A DNA stretch of 64,000 nt from positions 2,001,280 through 2,065,279 of the forward strand of contig OY970323.1 of assembly GCA_963716985.1 (NCBI GenBank). The letters are read 5' to 3'. The position numbers and the translations under genes are program-made. Under the pieces are notes generated by a model, which saw only the letters and a program-made list of their open reading frames with translations, did no database searches and was not told the origin of the DNA. The stretch's first letter is position 1. Each line of letters opens with the position of its first letter. Positions 37,901-43,400 of this stretch are shown one piece after another. This DNA comes from an uncultured bacterium. Lineage in GTDB: Bacteria; Chlamydiota; Chlamydiia; Chlamydiales; SM23-39.

Positions 37901-38695
37901 GATGAGGCTTCCATCGACAAGGCGGATCACGCCGTCGATCTCTTCGAGCGCGCTTGCCGGAGTAATGCCGTCGGTATTGACCACGGTCTTGATCGCTTTT
38001 TCGGCAGCTTTGAGAGAAAGCTCTACACTTCCATTCGCAGCTTGAATCTCTCCATAGTTTTCAATTAAAGCGTTTTTGAGCTCGCCCTCGACGGAAAACC
38101 GGATCAGGCCATCTCCCGTAAAATCCAAAACCACCTTTTCTGCGGAGGCGAGAACGACCTTGTCTGCATGTGCAATCAAAGAGCCCTTGTTATTAATAAG
38201 GGGTGAAAAAAGAGCAATAGAACCTTCAGCGAAAATAGATCCTTCGTTGGTGATAGAAGCGTTTTGATTTCCCGATTCTTGGAAAAAGCAATACTTTTCA
38301 TTTAAAAAATCCTCATCGAGAATGTTGAGCGTCGAGGCAATAAGAGAGCCGGTGTTGACGGTTGCGTTTTTACCAAAGTAGATTCCTTGGGGATTGACGA
38401 GGAAAAAGCGGCCATTGGCTTGAAGGTGGCCTAAAATTTTCGAGGGATCTTTTCCGACAACGCGGTTCAAGCAGCAACTTTTGGACGAGGGCTGGACAAA
38501 TGCGACGCTTTCGTTTTCTAAAATGTTGAATTTGTGGTAATTAATGATGGCTTTGTCAGATGTTTCGACTCGTAAATGGCCCGCATGGGGAGACGAAAAG
38601 TCCGCCCTTCCCGCTGCTACCTCTTTTTGTTCGGGCATAGACCAAAGAGAAGATGCGGAAATAATGAGAAGAATAATTTTGCGACTTTTTCTCAA
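19997..38695 (-). CDS. Giant two-partner secretion passenger (TpsA, filamentous haemagglutinin/HMW1-like), 6,232 aa
   Basis: Signal peptide; TPS domain (LNRVVGKDPS.I.G.L.ANG..FLVNPQGIYFG); GGFVETSG and GDWLLDP motifs of HMW1-type TpsA; about 5,800 aa of T/G/S/A/N-rich beta-helix repeats; TTG start overlaps the tpsB stop. Confidence 0.9.
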   Translation of the reverse strand: MRKSRKIILLIISASSLWSMPEQKEVAAGRADFSSPHAGHLRVETSDKAIINYHKFNILENESVAFVQPSSKSCCLNRVVGKDPSKILGHLQANGRFFLVNPQGIYFGKNATVNTGSLIASTLNILDEDFLNEKYCFFQESGNQNASITNEGSIFAEGSIALFSPLINNKGSLIAHADKVVLASAEKVVLDFTGDGLIRFSVEGELKNALIENYGEIQAANGSVELSLKAAEKAIKTVVNTDGITPASALEEIDGVIRLVDGSLITSKEVHLNGEELQISGKIDVSGEKGGRVILEGADISLQKSKIDASGLFGGGEVFIGGSYQGKGPLRNSLSTSMDAESCIFADAKTEGNGGRVILWSDGNTLFNGKIYTRGGEKGGNGGFVETSGRKNLGCMTGWVNSLSPAGKPGDWLLDPSTLDIVSGSSGSLPLYCADTSTPTTIGTTQINGAASNVILCGETITQESNAPINITTGGVTLTFQGNDLFASVSLGANIQTNNAAIVFSTFANLSVITNPVTITSGGGAVDFNDSVFVQLQKNLIINTSGGAVSFTGQVQSQGTNSSLNINAGAGVVTFSAIVGGSSTSAALSSLTVSGSTITPSNTVKTIGAISFTAPTAINLNQNLTTSGGSVTFTGPVVLGTSLMVDTTKNVGAGNNITFSGSTSTINGAFALTLQDATGASSSTITLGGAVGGTTALTNLTFTSPAGTIQIGGNIRVTGANPLNFPTPVNVIGTSVINSTSNLTTTFSSTINGANQLTLTCGTGTATLTGAVGATTPLASFAVVSAATINQDSTVATTGAISYTGTAINLGGNLTTSGGSVSFTGPVTLSTAVQVDTTNSAPAGNSITFTGSTSTINGTFALTLLGGTGAFTTTFGGAVGATTPLGSLVVSAATITQSSTVKTTGGISYAAPTATNLGGNLTTAAGTVTFTGPVVLGNNILVDTTNGVGPAGSGNSIAFSGSTSTVNGAFNLLLDSGSTNTITLGGAVGGTTALAGLGFSSSTGTIQIGSNIRLTGASSLNFPAAVSVNGTSLINSTGSSFPISFSSTINGANALTLTCGTGGATLTGAVGGGTPLASLTATAATITQSSTVKTTGAISYTAPTAISLGGNITTSTATSGTVTMTGPVTLAAGVVIDTTNGGGTAAGSNINFSGSSTTINGAFALGLNGGTGGTVTLGGVVGGSSALASLTVTNAATINVNNIGAASAGVSGATALTSLGAINFNGLTYNANAQTYTAATNFQLSSGVTTFTTNNNALTFTTGTIQVPAASTFTASSGTGTITVGPINGAATSSIATLTNTTTGITVLRGTISIGTLNFSATTGQIQLQNTIAVTTTNSSISFPAGRAVLLNNSPAATATSVTISPSSGFSATFNSTIDSDGTANTRNLTVTTAGAGTITFGGAVGATTAITSLSATSATINVNSIGAASAGVSGATALTSSGAINFNGLTYNANAQTYTAATNFQLSSGVTTFTTNNNALTFTTGTIQVPAASTFTASSGTGTITVGPINGAATSSIATLTNTTTGITVLRGTISIGTLNFSATTGQIQLQNTIAVTTTNSSISFPAGRVVLLNNSPTATATSVTISPSSGFSATFNSTIDSDGTANTRNLTVTTAGAGTITFGGAVGATTAITSLSATSAASTVTQSSTVKTTGAVSYSGTGISLGGNITTSTATSGTVTMTGPITLAAGVVIDTTNGGGTAAGSNINFSGSSTTINGAFALGLTSGTAGTITLGGAVGGITPIASLTANSGTTLTQSSSVKTTGAVSYTGNGISLGGNITTSTAATGTVTMTGPVTLAAGVVIDTTNGGGTAAGSNINFSGSSTTINGAFALGLNGGTGGTVTLGGVVGGSSALSTLTVTNAATINVNSIGAASAGVSGATALTSLGAINFNGLTYNANAQTYTAATNFQLSSGVTTFTTNNNALTFTTGTIQVPAASTFTASSGTGTITVGPINGAATSSIATLTNTTTGITVLRGTISIGTLNFSATTGQIQLQNTIAVTTTNSSISFPAGRVVLLNNSPTATATSVTISPSSGFSATFNSTIDSDGTANTRNLTVTTAGAATITFGGAVGATTAITSLSATSAASTVTQSSTVKTTGAVSYSGTGISLGGNITTSTATSGTVTMTGPVTLAAGVVIDTTNGGGTAAGSNINFSGSSTTINGAFALGLTGGTAGTITLGGAVGGTTPLASLTATAATITQSTTVTVATTGAISYTAPTAINLGGNLTTSAGSVSFTGPITLNAIVQVDTTHSSPAGNNITFSGSTSTINGAFALTLNGGTGAFITTLGGAVGGATPLTSLTATAATITQSSTVKTTGAISYTAPTAINLGGSLTTAAGIVTFTGPVTLGATLQVDTTNSGGSPAGNNITFSGSTSTINGAFALTLNGGTGAFITTLGGAVGTTTPLTSLTATAATITQSSTAKTTGAISYTAPTAINLGGSLTTAAGIVTFTGPVTLGATLQVDTTNGGGSPAGNNITFSGSTSTINGAFVLTLKDGTGVSNTITLSGAVGATAALTNLTFTSSTGTIQIGSNITVTGANPLNFPAAVALAGTSIITSTSNLTTTFNSTIDGANALTLTCGTGTATLTGAVGATTPLASLTISAATIVQDSTVKTSTTIPGLVSYTGSTLINLFGNITTAGGTITMNGPTQVNGASTFTLDSTNANATPAGATISFPGTLNGAVSATTPLVLRSGTTGNVTFTGAVGGVHPLVSITIPQANNVTTAGTAPMAVGFLTQSAGSGTTTFNGTVNTTTASGVNLTGTNFAVNANVTTANGSNGPVSISHSGTLTIAGGVIISADGGFTDTGSGSTNLAGTINTNGFDISLLRPITLTGSTILNTGTLLQVGDIIFSNTVNGTQSLDLTAGGGNITFTGIAGGISRLGAVTVHTTNNFTANAMTLTSMSQAAGTGTTTFNGALDFSGVAGLVLTTKNVSLNNTLNTANLGPATFTVSGTLVLSTSAICTVDGPFTQNQSGGTGSVQLAGSITETHNTPNNITFNGPVTLMAITSLDTSTGGGNINCNNTLDGPFALFLTTGGGSITCTNAVGGISRLGALSIACNGTISTQAVTAASIALTGTSSSTFNGAINTNGSLGINLAGAAISFLDNITTTGTGPITIANTGLFTTTAGKTITSNGAFLQNGAGNVSLAGNVTTTNATPALASITFGSNVSSGITLTASAKLDSSTGNGAISLHTVDGAFSFDMTSGTGTISTSASGNIGSTARLGAITIQTAGNVTLQAVTASSISQLAGSGLTHFIGALNTNGASGISLTGSAFTLDGTFTTTGAGNVTIHNSGTLTFNAGANGSNLLAFSQTGAGAVILSSSITSTGAMQFLGPLSAVGTGVLNTSSNALDFSNTVDGPGNLSLNTNTGNLTFHQATGGIARLGALTIVNNAAVSTQAITAASIALTGTSSSTFNAAINTNGASGISLTAATVSFLDNVTTTGTGPITITNSGLFTTTAGKTITSNGAFLQNGAGNVSLAGNVAASNATPALASITFDSALTLTAAASLDSSAGNGAISLNTVDGPFSLDLTLGTASTANLTIGGAIGGVSRVGALTLHSVYNAQVNNVTATSIAELQGSGTTTIGTPILTATINTNGAAGINLTGTNFVRYAAITTTNLGSLIVTVSGLITGVATNTTNIDGSYTQLGTAPFLYAAGSYITHHGSISFVSPLVLVGLTIFDTSLGTAGITLSQTVNGLAGTENLDLIAGGGDIHLNGAIGGTKNVNAVTIGSANNFTSLGIKANSLSMSNLAMLATFNGALNIAGPIALSGSQFLFNSSVTTTSGGSVTITNSGTLTLVNAGPFNLAGSFQQNGTGAVHLDASITTNNALISFASPITLMDATTLNSGGGDIDLAAVDGAFDLTLTAGAGNVNLNGAVGLLAPPTKLEVSSANNIHSFGSMAIAGPLTLASTGTTTFDGTISTTTADGISVNGNTINVNNTITTTNLGPIAITNSGTLTIPVGSTITSSSSFTQTSGGGGSAVSLGAPISTVGLLSFASPITLTNGVALNSGGNTITLSSTVNGGYDLTLTAGVGSIGLGAIGGTIPLIDVTVQSGNVTAAAITAASLTQNAGSGTYNGALSTSTLTGIHLTGSAFTLNNVTTTSSGPLVVINSGLLTLSGTTYSIAGACTQTSGGGSPSVSLSGAMTAGGAISFASPVSLSNTTSLDTSAANQNVTFSSTLNGAQALTLTAGSGSIQFDGTVGNTNPLSSLTATGANIVQMSTLQTVGAILETGAMSIGGNITTDRSNITLTGGNVTTTSTLTITTITSTPGVGNISITGTLNPNTSGKSLTLTTATGHATSVTLGNVIAGSVPFNNFAITSDSISWHDFGSAGAGATGTTTLTASNTITFLGTVYKASTQNYTGLGQLPTEGYFFNSGATTTISSGGNAITFNGSCSAPFPGQMELNAGTNLTIQSNGGAITIPWLIGPGQNLTLDAQNGTITYCQIGDVGHNLNIATFTSVPPVNPPVTGPVYATTIIINTGSITYQGTNIITSGVPISFSNSVVLTNDITLSTCPIGADITFNQSLNSDNILTPRKLTIDACGHDVYFIGPIGNTIPLAAIIILSARNVHVDNTADLGYFQQTGPGTGTTYFQSGLTATGADSFGYGLDLDTVTINLTGSIAASGGGMNLAHSGSLTIANGTSIAINGTNGFLQIGPGSVLVGGSITTTDQPIYFTSAVSLNGPLVLNSKNLTGGLITFHSTLDSPGANDVSMTAGNQNIILTGNVGATNSLGNLTIVSVQDLHAFGNMSASSITQSAGSGTTTFDGAVSTTNSSGINLTGSAFALNNNVSTINTGPLIVTNSGLLTLSGTTYSIAGACTQTSGGVSSSVSLAGSMTAGGAISFASPTSLSNPTSLDTSASGQNITFSSTLDGPGALSLNLGTLGSLNFGDVVGGSSVLGAILITNVKNATANAAVTTGSTLTQSNGSGTTAFNGALTTNGALSLTGSVFTFGAPFTTNNNSVTINNLGSLTFQAGAIGTALSTFSQTVGSATTTLPSSITATSTMQFQGPVVVPLLGLGSLTGGGITLNSTVNGPGSLSLTASGISNLTLAASCSLLNALTMSCSGTLSAQGISASSIALTGSSNSTFNGALNVNGSSGINLTAATISFLDNVTTTSNGPITITNSGLLTTTAGKTITSNGVFLQNGSGNVSLAGTVMTTNATASLASITFGSNVSSGITLTAAAKLDSSTGNGAISLNTVDGGFDFDMTSGTGAITVSGNIGSGARLGAITIQTAGNVTAQQAVTASSISQLAGSGLTHFIGALDTNGASGISLTGSAFTLDGTFTTHGAANVTIHNSGTLTFNAGANGSNLLAFSQTGAGAVILSSSITSTGAMQFLGPLSAVGTGVLNTSSNALDFSNTVDGPGNLSLNTNTGNLTFHQATGGIARLGALTIVNNAAVSTQAITAASIALTGTSSSTFNAAINTNGASGISLTAATVSFLDNVTTTGTGPITITNSGLFTTTAGKTITSNGAFLQNGAGNVSLAGNVAASNATPALASITFDSALTLTAAASLDSSAGNGAISLNTVDGPFSLDLTLGTASTANLTIGGAIGGVSRVGALTLHSVYNAQVNNVTATSIAELQGSGTTTIGTPILTATINTNGAAGINLTGTNFARYAAITTTNLGSLIVTVSGLITGVATNVTDIDGSYTQLGTAPFLYAAGAYTTHHGSISFVSPLILVGLTIFDTSLGTAGITLSQTVNGLAGTENLDLIAGLGDIHLNGAIGGNTTLNAVTIGSANNFTSLGIKANSLSMSNLATLATFNGALNIAGSIGLSGSQFLFNSNVTTTSGGTVTINNATLLTFNPAITFSVDGTFAQTGGGLNTLGGTISTNNQQISLASDTTLNGNLQLDSHGGNVLIDQEVNGPYSFTIDAGVGDVTINHPLALSQSMQNFSVTNAHDVNLNGVGSSSTTVLGAMSIQASHDININNTVYSANNQSYSAANQTNVNTGQIIQFTSYGTPIAFPTGATFLSANSDVRVQTNGGSFSYQQIIGTVGFTLEEVSINTGSGTALMNTMDPINNLIIVAGNIIILGPITVLNPNFQAIGSIENGTGVTPLIQATNNETFNALTGDVGSFSSPINVQTTGFVYGGAHFLATFSGISGDNTAHDLPSNVPCILIWNGTILHDCRVNPPPPVPPVVVTVSFPFAVPGFDSSSFNLASDFFFLPFFLDDTYIKKRVPMYSRQPLLSVKVKKVPKNLKPKFFLWKRKGHLKD
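21258..23420. repeat. Internal duplication in tpsA2, copy 1 (copy 2 at about 27297-29460)
   Basis: Offset 6,039 bp; the core (~21.8-22.8 kb) is essentially identical; antisense ORFs at 21960 and 27999 are near-identical. Confidence 0.85.
30840..35440. repeat. Tandem module array in tpsA2: 327-bp units, then 333-bp (A) and 669-bp (B) units
   Basis: Recurring offsets of 327, 669 and 1,341 bp among antisense ORF boundaries; repeated protein blocks. Confidence 0.85.
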
Positions 38696-40377
38696 AAAGG
38701 TTGCCCCGTTAATTTTATATAAACAAAGGGGCTCTTGCTGCTATCGCGGTGGTTCAAGGGAAAGCCTACATCCAGACTAAAGGTCAGAGAATAAGGGCCA
38801 TTCACTCTTAAACCCACCCCGGACCCCCATTCGAATGTGCTCTTTTCCGATTGAAGAAACACCCCGCCGTGGTCAACAAAGCCCGCAATTTGGACTATCT
38901 CCTTCCAACTTTTCTTTGCCATAAAAAATCTTTTATTGGCAAGAAAAGGAGGAGGAATGCGCAATTCCATGTTTACATAGTAGCCGCTATCCCCCAACGC
39001 ACTGGCCAGAGGAAAGCCGCGCACCGTATCAATGCCCCCAATGTAAATCACCTCGGGAAGCGTCAATTTATAGGGACTCCACTGTCCCGATCCATGCAGA
39101 TACAAATAACAGTTTCGCGGCAGTTGCTGGATGCGGTCGTAATCGGCATTCATTTTAAGAAAAAGGCCGCCGGCGCCATTTCTAGAGCAGCCGGAATCCA
39201 CGCTCCTAAGACCGCCAAGAAAATGGGGAATGCCATAGGACATGCGAAAGTTGAGATAATCTCTTCCCTTAGCAAGGCCATAATGATCGAAAAGAAAGCC
39301 CGCTGTCAAAACGCGCAGCTTGTCATAAGACGCCGTCGAGTGTAAGACAAAATTTCCGATCTGCTTGAAATCGAAATAGGAGAAAAAATCAACGCTCCAA
39401 AAAAGCCGCCTCATGATCGCGTGGCTCACCTTTAAGGTGGCAATGTCGGACCTTCCTCTTAGATCCAGAAATTTTAGCTCTTCGACCTTGAATTTTGAAA
39501 AGAGGTAGGAGCATTCAAGAAAGGTTCCTTTGGCATTCAGGGGAACGGTATAGGAAACGTCGGTAAAAAAAAGGGCTTCAATGGGAAATCCCACAACCTG
39601 CGCCACGGAAATTTTATCCCCATAAAAAAAGAGGCTGCCTCCATCAAAACGGCCGCCCACGCGCGCGTTGGTGGTAAGAAACCTTCCATAGTTGTTTCCG
39701 TTGAGATACAAATGTAGGGGCCGTCCATCATCAACCCGTAAAATGACGTCAGCCGTGCCAAACGCTTCGCCTCTCTCAAACACGGCTCCGGCTGCAAGAT
39801 CGCTATTTTCATTGAGCAGCATCAAGGAGCGTAAAAAATCGTTGTAGCGCAAAGGGTGTCCCTGCAAAGAAGAAAAATATTTCAAAATGAAGGGGGTGCT
39901 GTAATGCTTATTACCCTCTATAGAGATCTTCCCCAATTTCCCTTCAATGATCTCAATGGTGAGAATACCATCTCTAATTTCTTGCACAGGAGGATAGGCG
40001 CGCGCAAGGAAAAATCCTTTCTCTGCATATTTTTCATCGATGCGCCGGCAAAGCTCATAGATCTCTTTGATGCTCATTTCGCGATTCAGATCGCAGTCAA
40101 CCCAAGAGTATATTTCTTTTGTGGAGACGGACTCATTTCCCTGAATGCGCACCTCTTTAATCAGCACCTTCTTGTCTTCCGGCAAAGCAAGCCTTTCTTT
40201 GGGAATGTCAATCTGGATGGAGGGAACTTCTCGTTTCGGCTCTAAGGGCTTGCCCTCATACTCCTTTTCCAGCTGTCTTTCCACGATACCTGCAGAAGGA
40301 GTCGCGGGCGGAAGGGCAGAAAGAGCGGATGCAATCAATACAAACAGGACTAATAAAACAAAATTTTTCTTATGCAT
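38692..40377 (-). CDS. TpsB outer-membrane transporter (ShlB/FhaC/HecB family)
   Basis: Signal peptide, POTRA (Y.EKGFFLARAY.P.QEI.DG.L.I.IIEG), VRGF loop-6 motif (GGIDTVRGF), terminal Phe. Confidence 0.93.
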   Translation of the reverse strand: MHKKNFVLLVLFVLIASALSALPPATPSAGIVERQLEKEYEGKPLEPKREVPSIQIDIPKERLALPEDKKVLIKEVRIQGNESVSTKEIYSWVDCDLNREMSIKEIYELCRRIDEKYAEKGFFLARAYPPVQEIRDGILTIEIIEGKLGKISIEGNKHYSTPFILKYFSSLQGHPLRYNDFLRSLMLLNENSDLAAGAVFERGEAFGTADVILRVDDGRPLHLYLNGNNYGRFLTTNARVGGRFDGGSLFFYGDKISVAQVVGFPIEALFFTDVSYTVPLNAKGTFLECSYLFSKFKVEELKFLDLRGRSDIATLKVSHAIMRRLFWSVDFFSYFDFKQIGNFVLHSTASYDKLRVLTAGFLFDHYGLAKGRDYLNFRMSYGIPHFLGGLRSVDSGCSRNGAGGLFLKMNADYDRIQQLPRNCYLYLHGSGQWSPYKLTLPEVIYIGGIDTVRGFPLASALGDSGYYVNMELRIPPPFLANKRFFMAKKSWKEIVQIAGFVDHGGVFLQSEKSTFEWGSGVGLRVNGPYSLTFSLDVGFPLNHRDSSKSPFVYIKLTGQPF

Positions 40378-40470
40378 AACCTGATTCTACAAAGTTCACT
40401 TTTTTTTAAAAGCTAATTTTCAAAATTTTTGAAAAAAGGCGCTTCCTGTGCCATAAGAAAAACTTACGCT

Positions 40471-43400
40471 TCAGATTTTTTCGGGAACCTCTTTAACTGT
40501 TATCGATGGCAATGGCTGGCGGTAATAGATCGGCACGCGTTTTTTGATATATATGTCCTCCAAGAAAAAGGGCAGGAAAAAGAAATCGCTTGCCAGGTTA
40601 AAAGACGAGGAATCAAATCCTGGGACGGCAAATGGGAAAGAAACGGTTACAACCACCGGAGGCGGTGTGGGAGGAATCGTACAATTCTTAATGACAACCC
40701 CATTAAAGATGATCTTGCAGGGAGGATCGGCAAGAAGCCATTGGACCGTATGATCTATAGAGAATCCATCGAGATCGGCCAGACTCAGTCCCGGACCTCC
40801 TCCGACAATGATTTGGTTTGCGCTATGGACCAAAAGCGGGCTTGATAAAGATCCGACATTCCCGCCTTGCGCATCAAAAATAGGTGTATTATTGCAAATA
40901 ATCAGCTCGGACCCTGCGGTATTCAAGATGTCTTTCAGTGAGACAAGATGCGTGTTGATCGGATCGATCGAACCCGAAATGGTAATATTTCCCGCAGTAA
41001 CCATCAGATTGTTAATCGTTCCGCCGCTGGCAATGGTATTGAGAGCCGCGGTTCCCGTTCCAGTGCTGATGATGATATTTTCAAAAGTAGTCCCCAATAG
41101 GCTCACAAATGAAAAACTGCCATTGTTCGTGATCACCTGAAGATCATTGAACGCTCCTAAATGAATCGTGCCGTTTGTGAAAGCAATCGGACCACCAAAT
41201 GAAGTGAGATTGGTTTGCGAGCCGGTATTGAAAGTGAATTCATTGGCCGCAGAGTAAATCTGCGTGTTCGCATTATATACTGTGTTACCAAAGATGATAT
41301 TATGCGAAGCAGTCAGATTGAATGTTCCTGTAACGCCTGTGGCAACTGAGCCAACTCCCATTAAATTGATGTCATGCGCTGAGCTGACTGTGACATTTTG
41401 AAGCGCGACGTGATTTCCAATGAACCCATTGAAGATCGCATCGCCGCTTCCTGCTGCCACAGCAAGATTATAAGGTCCATCCACTTCTGCTACAGCGGCA
41501 TTGGCGCTGCCGCTCGTGATTGAAAGATCCCCGGTAAGGGTCAATAGAGATTGGAATTCAACGGGATGATTATTTGTGGCGAGTGTTCCTCCGCCAGAAA
41601 CATGGCCGCTGCCATTCTGCAAAAAGGCGCCGTCGATTGAAAAGTTAAAATTAGTGCCCAAAACAAGGGGACCGGAATTGGTAATGGTGAATGGTCCGCT
41701 TGTCAAGGTTGTGACATTGCCAAGAACATTAAAAGCAACGCCTGACATCGTTATGCCTGCCGCTAGGCTCGTATTCAGATCTCCAGAAATAGTGGCTGAA
41801 GTAGAAATTCCCGATAGACTGATGGAACCTGCTGTGATGGCCAAAGCATTGAATGTGCCCGCTGAATTGACTTGAAGAACGCCGAGCGTGCCCGCATTTT
41901 GATCCAATGCAATGGCGCCGAAGCCAGTGTTCAATGTTAAATTGTGCGATCCACTGACCGCCCTTATAAAAGTGATATTCCCTACGGTGGCTCCGGTATC
42001 GAGCGAAACGTTATGGCCCAGCACAACGGCCCCTGTGAAAAGAATCGAGTTTCCAGCCGTTGTGAAGTTATCGGCAAGCGATACATTGCCGCTATTCAGT
42101 TGCGTGAAGTTTCCTGTGATGTTAAAAGGAGCTCCTGTTGCAATCGTAAGAAGACCGGAATTGGTAATTTGTACCGGACCTCCGTTTAATGTCGCGACGG
42201 GGGCATTAAAAGTAAATTGGCTGCCCGTCAGATTGATTCCATTGTTAAGCGTGGTTGTTAGAGCACCATTGAAAGTGGTGAGTCCGCCGCCTTGGGATTG
42301 AACGAAGCAACCCGCCAAAACCGCTTGCAATGAAGCATTATTCGCACTTTGAATCGTGAGTGAATGAACGCCTGTGATACCTGCCGATACGGTGGTGTTT
42401 CCGCTTCCCGAAGCTAAAACGAGAGCCTGATTGCCAGTTATGGTACTAACAATGAGGATGGTTCCGCCATTGCTATTGATCGTCGTTGCATGGGTCAGGC
42501 TGAGTGCATTGTTAAATGTGATGTTCTCGTTATTTGTAATGAGAGTTCCTTCCAGCGAGATCGCGCCAGATCCGCTCTCCGTAAACGAACCTGAAATGCT
42601 GGTCGAGGCGCCGAAAATCAGGGTCGATGGCGCCGTGTGGGCAATGGTAAAAGATCCAAGTGTTGTGATGTCAGAGCCATTTAAAACAAAGGCAGCTCCA
42701 GAGAGATTGATATTGCCCGTTGTATTGAGATCGCCAGCCATCGTAGTCGTTCCGGCGCCTGCGCTTTGTATAATCGAGGCGGCTCGGATCGAGCTGGCGG
42801 TGATGTTGTTTGCATTTGTAAAGATGAGATCTCCCAGACGTGAAGATGAACCGGCTGCCCCAGTGATTACAATGTCAGCCGCTCCAGAATTAAGAGTCAG
42901 ATTTCCCGGCCCATTCAAGGTGGAGGAAAGCGTAATCGCCTGAGATGAAGCCGTCAAGAAAGGACTGCTGGAAACGGCAACGCCTTTACTAAAGAAAATG
43001 GGGCCATCGCTGGTCACCGAGCCGGTAAGAACTGAGGACCCTAGCCCATTTTGCGTAAAGCGCGCCAAAGAGCCGTCGGATAATGTGCAGGCTGCATTGA
43101 TGGTGAGAAGGCCTCCATTTGTCAAAATAATCGGTCCATTCGCTGTCGTTTGAACCGTATTGTTTAGAGTGATTGCATTCGCGTTAATCTGAATTCCACC
43201 CCCCGCACTAGTATTAGTTGTGCCATTTAAAGTCGTGGTTCCAGTGACAGCTCCCGATTGTTGCACAAAAGAGGTCGTTTTTAAGCCATTAAAAGTTACA
43301 TTATTTGCATTTGTAACGGTCACGATGCCGAGGCGCGTTGAGGATCCAACGCCCGCCAAAAATGAGATATCGCCATTTCCGCTGGTCAAGGTCAGCGTCC

